From the IMG/VR virus record IMGVR_UViG_3300024999_000068, positions 22,551-86,550 of that record: a stretch of 64,000 nt of DNA. One strand, written 5' to 3'. This document shows positions 60,748 to 64,000 of the stretch, piece by piece. Source of the stretch: a virus. The stretch's first letter is position 1; each line of letters starts with the position of its first letter. Below the pieces are notes generated by a model that saw only the letters and a list, made by a program, of their open reading frames with translations, did not search any database and was not told the origin of the DNA. Made by a program: the position numbers and the translations under genes.

Positions 60748-61874
60748 GACAAATCATCTTCATCAACCTTATTATTTTTATTTTTAAACATATCTAATTT
60801 CTCAAGATATTCCCTATAAGGTTTATGAATCAAACTGCTATATCCATTCAAATTTGCTAAAAAATAACTTTCTGTATCAGTTACCTCTTGCCACCATATT
60901 TTATTATCCAATGTTTTCTTATATTCAACTTGTTTCTCTTTAATTTCTTCTACTATCTTAACAATATCATTAAGTAATTCTTGAATAGATTCATTATCTA
61001 AAGATATTTCAACATAACAGTCTTTAACCACAAATTTACTTTTAACATCTTCAGGTAAATAATCTATAGAATTATCAACTACCATTTGACTAAGATAATC
61101 ATCAATTTGTTCTTCTGTAAATTTACTATCTGATTTTTTCAACCACATTTTGGCATTTGAAGATAAACTATTTCCTATATCATTTCTTTCAATGATTCTA
61201 CTTTTTAATTTTCCATTTGCTTGCATACATTCCACTTCAACATATTTTAGAAACGCCCATCTAGCTATAATCTGATCCATTGGTATGTTTAGTTTCTTAT
61301 GAACACCATAACTATATAAAATAATTTGGCCTTTTTCCTTATCAATTTTTTTACCTTTATATATACTTGATGTTTTAAAGTCAGTAATTACACATATATC
61401 TTTATCGTTTCTTTTTTCCATATGAATAGCATCTATATAAGCTTGAACTAAAATATTATTTATTTTTATTGGGACAAAAACTTCACACTTTAATTTATAT
61501 GGAATTTTCTGATGATTCTTAAAAAAATGTCTCATACATGCTTCATATTTATTACCTATCTTTTTATTTTTATCCTCGTCACTTCTATCATATTTTAAAC
61601 CACCTATAGTAAATTCAAATAATTTTTCCTCAAATATTTCTATCATATCCTCATATGATATTTCTTTATTATAATATTTCTCTAATATATCATGCGATGC
61701 GTTACCGAATACTCCATAAATTGAATCTTTTCTGTCTTCTGGTATTTTAAGTATGTATTTAAGGTAAAAGGTGTAAGTGTCTCCTTTGTATTGATTGTAT
61801 TTAGACCATGAGTATATCTCATCACAATCTAGTTTATTAGCTATTAATTGAATTTCTTCAAACTGTTTTCTCAA
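60723..61874 (-). CDS. PD-(D/E)XK exonuclease (RecB/Cas4-like)
   Basis: SWSK, G...H.ILE, E, YID, DFKT, Q..LY. Confidence 0.8.
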   Translation of the reverse strand: MRKQFEEIQLIANKLDCDEIYSWSKYNQYKGDTYTFYLKYILKIPEDRKDSIYGVFGNASHDILEKYYNKEISYEDMIEIFEEKLFEFTIGGLKYDRSDEDKNKKIGNKYEACMRHFFKNHQKIPYKLKCEVFVPIKINNILVQAYIDAIHMEKRNDKDICVITDFKTSSIYKGKKIDKEKGQIILYSYGVHKKLNIPMDQIIARWAFLKYVEVECMQANGKLKSRIIERNDIGNSLSSNAKMWLKKSDSKFTEEQIDDYLSQMVVDNSIDYLPEDVKSKFVVKDCYVEISLDNESIQELLNDIVKIVEEIKEKQVEYKKTLDNKIWWQEVTDTESYFLANLNGYSSLIHKPYREYLEKLDMFKNKNNKVDEDDLSWMEGLMD

Positions 61875-62943
61875 GTCTTTTGTCCCTCTCTTTTATATAT
61901 TTTTTCTGTTCTGATTCGTCATAAGTAACTCGATGCTTTAGTAAATATCTATATACTTTCTCAGGTTTATCTGCTGGAGATTCTTTTTCTTCTAGTAATC
62001 CATATTTATCAAATATATAACTTACTGTACGAATCCCATAGAATTTCTCACACATACTTCTAACATGTTGTAAAGAAACATCTTTATCCATACAAATTAC
62101 TATTTCTGTGTTTAATGAAATTAATATTTTTACTTGTTCTTCGGATATATCATGAGATCCTATAGACACGCCAGTTCCATCTTTTCTACTATGTCTTTTT
62201 AATGTTGATTTCTCCGATTCGAATACAACAACTCTATTTTCTTCTTGAATTGTTTTGTAATTTTCTTGTAATCCATACAAATGCATTGACTTAGGAAACT
62301 TTTTCAAAGGAAAATATTTAGGGATGTCTAACATTTTATATTCAGGAATTGTGGTTCTTCCAATCACTCCAACAAAATCATTTTCATCTCCCGACCAAAA
62401 TCGCCACGGAATTATGATTCTTTTCTTTTCTGCACTATAACCTATTTTAAATAACTCACAGGTAAAGGGTAGAATACCATCCTCCTTTATCCAATCAATG
62501 TGAGGTAATGGAATGTACTCTTTAATAATTCCTTCATCATACAACTCAATGTCATCAATGTTTACAATGCATCTTTTTCTTTTGACTTTCTTAAATACGT
62601 TCAATGGATCTTCTTTATCAGATTTATCTTCCTTCGTGGTTTTAAATTTATATTCTAAACCAAATAATTCATGTAAATATTTATTAGCTTTTGAAAATGA
62701 AATATTTTTTATAGTTTGACAAAGAGTAAATATATCTCCTCTGATTACTTCTCCATCAGATTGAAATATTTTAGTAGATAAAGTTTCTTTGTTTATTGCA
62801 ATAGTATTATTAGATGTGTGTCCTGGTAAACCTGCTCTATATTCTTTTGTATATTCCTTAACACCATGACAATCTAGGGATTTTAATATCTCCTGTATTT
62901 TATCATTCTCTAATATGTATTGCTTGAGATCAATATAATTCAT
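61858..62943 (-). CDS. dnaG: DNA primase (TOPRIM)
   Basis: RIIIP, GRT, KY, LYG, VFESEKS, ICMDKD; downstream of helicase. Confidence 0.8.
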   Translation of the reverse strand: MNYIDLKQYILENDKIQEILKSLDCHGVKEYTKEYRAGLPGHTSNNTIAINKETLSTKIFQSDGEVIRGDIFTLCQTIKNISFSKANKYLHELFGLEYKFKTTKEDKSDKEDPLNVFKKVKRKRCIVNIDDIELYDEGIIKEYIPLPHIDWIKEDGILPFTCELFKIGYSAEKKRIIIPWRFWSGDENDFVGVIGRTTIPEYKMLDIPKYFPLKKFPKSMHLYGLQENYKTIQEENRVVVFESEKSTLKRHSRKDGTGVSIGSHDISEEQVKILISLNTEIVICMDKDVSLQHVRSMCEKFYGIRTVSYIFDKYGLLEEKESPADKPEKVYRYLLKHRVTYDESEQKKYIKERDKRLEKTV

Positions 62944-62962
62944 TCAAGTATATTCACTACCT

Positions 62963-63727
62963 TTACTTAACTATTTTTGCATCAAATCCATATTTTTCAT
63001 ATAAATGACTATTGTTAAAATTTTTTATTTTTATCTCCTCATTTAATCTTACTATAATAGCATCATCTAATTCATCAAAATAACCTAAATGTTTTTTCTT
63101 TCCATAAAATATCTGTAAATGCCATTTATTCATCTGTTTGTTAAAATAAACTCCTTGGCAACCACTACTATTATTTATATTTGGGTTCCTATTAACATTA
63201 TTTTGTCTATGATCTGTAGTTCTGAGATTATATTTACGATTATTACTTTTTTTTCTATCGATATGATCAATTTCTATTTCTGGATTATTGACACCCATAA
63301 TAAGCCTATGTATTCTAATTGTTTGTTTTTCGTCTTCATCATTTTCTGATATACTAGAAACAATATATCCTCGTTTGTTTTTATGCCAACAATATACTTG
63401 TATCTTATCATAGTCTTCTAAATCAAATTCAAAGTAATTATTTCTAAAATCATAACCTATACTATATTCACCAGTTAAATCATATGTATTAGTTTTGCTA
63501 CATCTAGCAATATTAACTTCTTTTTGCAAACATCCACAACTTCTAGTATTTCCATTTCTTAAACTAGTTCCATTTACTGTAAATATAGTTTTAAGATGAC
63601 AACTACATTGAACAATCCAATGACACACCCTGTGTTTATTAATGTGAGAAAACTCTAAAACTAATAATCTATCAAATGTTTTCCCTTTTAAATCAATTAT
63701 TTTTCCCATATATAATATCCTTACCAA
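62963..63727 (-). CDS. HNH-AP2 homing endonuclease
   Basis: DL.GK.F.RL.V, SCGC, IHRLIM, DHIDR...NNRK.NLR, SGCQGV. Confidence 0.85.
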   Translation of the reverse strand: MVRILYMGKIIDLKGKTFDRLLVLEFSHINKHRVCHWIVQCSCHLKTIFTVNGTSLRNGNTRSCGCLQKEVNIARCSKTNTYDLTGEYSIGYDFRNNYFEFDLEDYDKIQVYCWHKNKRGYIVSSISENDEDEKQTIRIHRLIMGVNNPEIEIDHIDRKKSNNRKYNLRTTDHRQNNVNRNPNINNSSGCQGVYFNKQMNKWHLQIFYGKKKHLGYFDELDDAIIVRLNEEIKIKNFNNSHLYEKYGFDAKIVK

Positions 63728-64000
63728 TCCATAGGTATATTAACTATACCTAATTCTTTATATAAATTTCTCGAATAATCATTTTCGCTGATAATCTGAA
63801 ATTCATCTGTACTTCCAAATCTATTCTTAGTGACAAATATAATAGTATAAGACTTATTTTTGTCAAGTTTAAATGGTATGCGAGTAAGTTTATTTTTACC
63901 TTCTAATCTAAAACATTTTAATTCATTTTTACCACCTTCAAATTCATCATCAAATGGTTTTCTTATCATTAAATTTGTTGATGCTACATCTACGATATTC
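63721..64000 (-). CDS. C-terminus of DnaB-like replicative helicase (5' part off window)
   Basis: IVDVAST..MIR...IIFVTKNRFG motif H4; upstream of primase. Confidence 0.7.
   Translation of the reverse strand, partial: NIVDVASTNLMIRKPFDDEFEGGKNELKCFRLEGKNKLTRIPFKLDKNKSYTIIFVTKNRFGSTDEFQIISENDYSRNLYKELGIVNIPMDW

Noticed and set aside
137-63349. Many antisense or alternate-frame ORFs in the track (e.g. 1989-2549, 2679-3275, 8152-8598, 29448-29750, 56260-56643)
   Set aside because: Shadows of longer genes with recognisable motifs; no RBS or domains
60064-63727. Introns around the HNH genes in the replication cluster
   Set aside because: Flanking genes look complete and abut the HNH ORFs; no room for a ribozyme core
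1-64000. tRNA or rRNA genes
   Set aside because: No cloverleaf/T-loop signature or rRNA-like sequence noticed by eye; tRNAscan-SE would be needed to exclude them

Overview
AT-rich, gene-dense 64-kb segment of a large siphophage of a spore-forming Firmicute, probably a Clostridia-type host and SPbeta/c-st-like in organisation (both inferred). Left part (+ strand, 1-22.1 kb): tail morphogenesis (tape measure gene split by an ORF-less group I intron, distal tail, large baseplate hub with an ILEI-like domain, repeat-containing tailspike followed by a membrane-anchored paralog of its beta-helix domain) and the lysis cassette. Middle (22.6-43 kb): accessory and plasmid-like functions. These are an AEP primase-polymerase, early genes with consensus sigma-A promoters, a compact type V-F CRISPR locus (Cas12f1-like nuclease, tracrRNA, degenerate 3-repeat mini-array, no cas1/cas2), a DGQHR protein, a minus-strand operon of FtsK/SpoIIIE ATPase + replication-relaxation protein + SpoIIIAC-like + M23 membrane proteins, a ParMRC partition cassette, and an iteron/DnaA-box origin with antisense-RNA-like control elements. 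Together they point to a phage-plasmid. Right part (- strand, 43-64 kb): nucleotide metabolism and replication (Gmk, ThyX, MTase, NUDIX, intein-containing class II RNR, RecD2, DnaE, PD-(D/E)XK nuclease, primase, helicase end). At least 7 free-standing homing endonuclease genes are present, one decayed. All family calls come from motifs read by eye or recalled similarity; no database searches were run.
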